Assembly (NCBI GenBank): GCA_038087875.1
Contig: JAXLNO010000621.1
Location: 59,651 to 79,650, forward strand
Length of the DNA stretch: 20,000 nt
Origin: Malacoraja senta
Taxonomy: Eukaryota
Reading direction: 5' to 3'
Shown: one piece after another, positions 19,713 through 20,000 of the stretch
Layout: each line of letters starts with the position of its first letter
Position numbering within the stretch: the first letter of the stretch is position 1
Program-made: the position numbers and the translations under genes
The notes under the pieces: generated by a model
The model's input: only the letters and a program-made list of their open reading frames with translations
The model's database searches: none
What the model was told of the DNA's origin: nothing

Positions 19713-20000
19713 GTACGAAGTATAAGCAATAAAGTGGACGAGCTTGAGGCTCAGTTAGAAACTGGCAAGTATGATGTTGTGGGAATTACTGAGACATGGC
19801 TGCAAGAGGGCCAGGGTTGGGAACTGAATATTCAAGGGTATACCTCCTATCGAACATACAGACAGGTAGGCAGAGGGGGTGAGGTTGCCCTGTTGGTGTG
19901 GAGTGAAATTCAGTCCCTTGCAAGGGGTGACATTGAAACAGGAGATGTGGAGTCAGTATGGATAGAACTAAGGAATTGTAAGGGTAAAAGACCCTGATGG
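19713..20000 (+). mobile_element. CR1-clade LINE ORF2 N-terminus (APE endonuclease), runs off the window
   Basis: Encodes RSISNKVDELEAQLETGKYDVVGITETWLQEGQGWELNIQGY..GRGGEVALLV..VESVWIELRNCKGK. Confidence 0.92.

Overview
Eukaryotic genomic DNA, most likely from a cartilaginous fish such as a skate or ray (inferred from HE1-type SINEs and elasmobranch-type CR1 and Penelope repeats). The only host coding sequence I can support is the start-codon exon of STXBP6 (amisyn): exon 3812-4005, CDS 3852-4005, + strand. The rest appears to be STXBP6 intron filled with decayed and often nested transposable elements. These comprise several CR1-clade LINE fragments, a 5'-truncated L1 with a 10-bp TSD, HE1 SINEs, two Harbinger-type MITEs with shared termini, a probable hAT end carrying a G-rich minisatellite, and many Penelope-like (PLE) pieces. 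The most interesting hidden signals are: a minimal hammerhead-ribozyme motif in the PLE terminal repeat; PLE ends that repeatedly break or invert at that motif, including a TSD-flanked fold-back unit; a GIY-YIG relic split by a CR1; a 146-bp local duplication; and a repeat-poor, motif-rich candidate enhancer at about 15.2-16.6 kb. I see no convincing evidence for a wholly new biological system. All family assignments come from recalled consensus features, not database searches.
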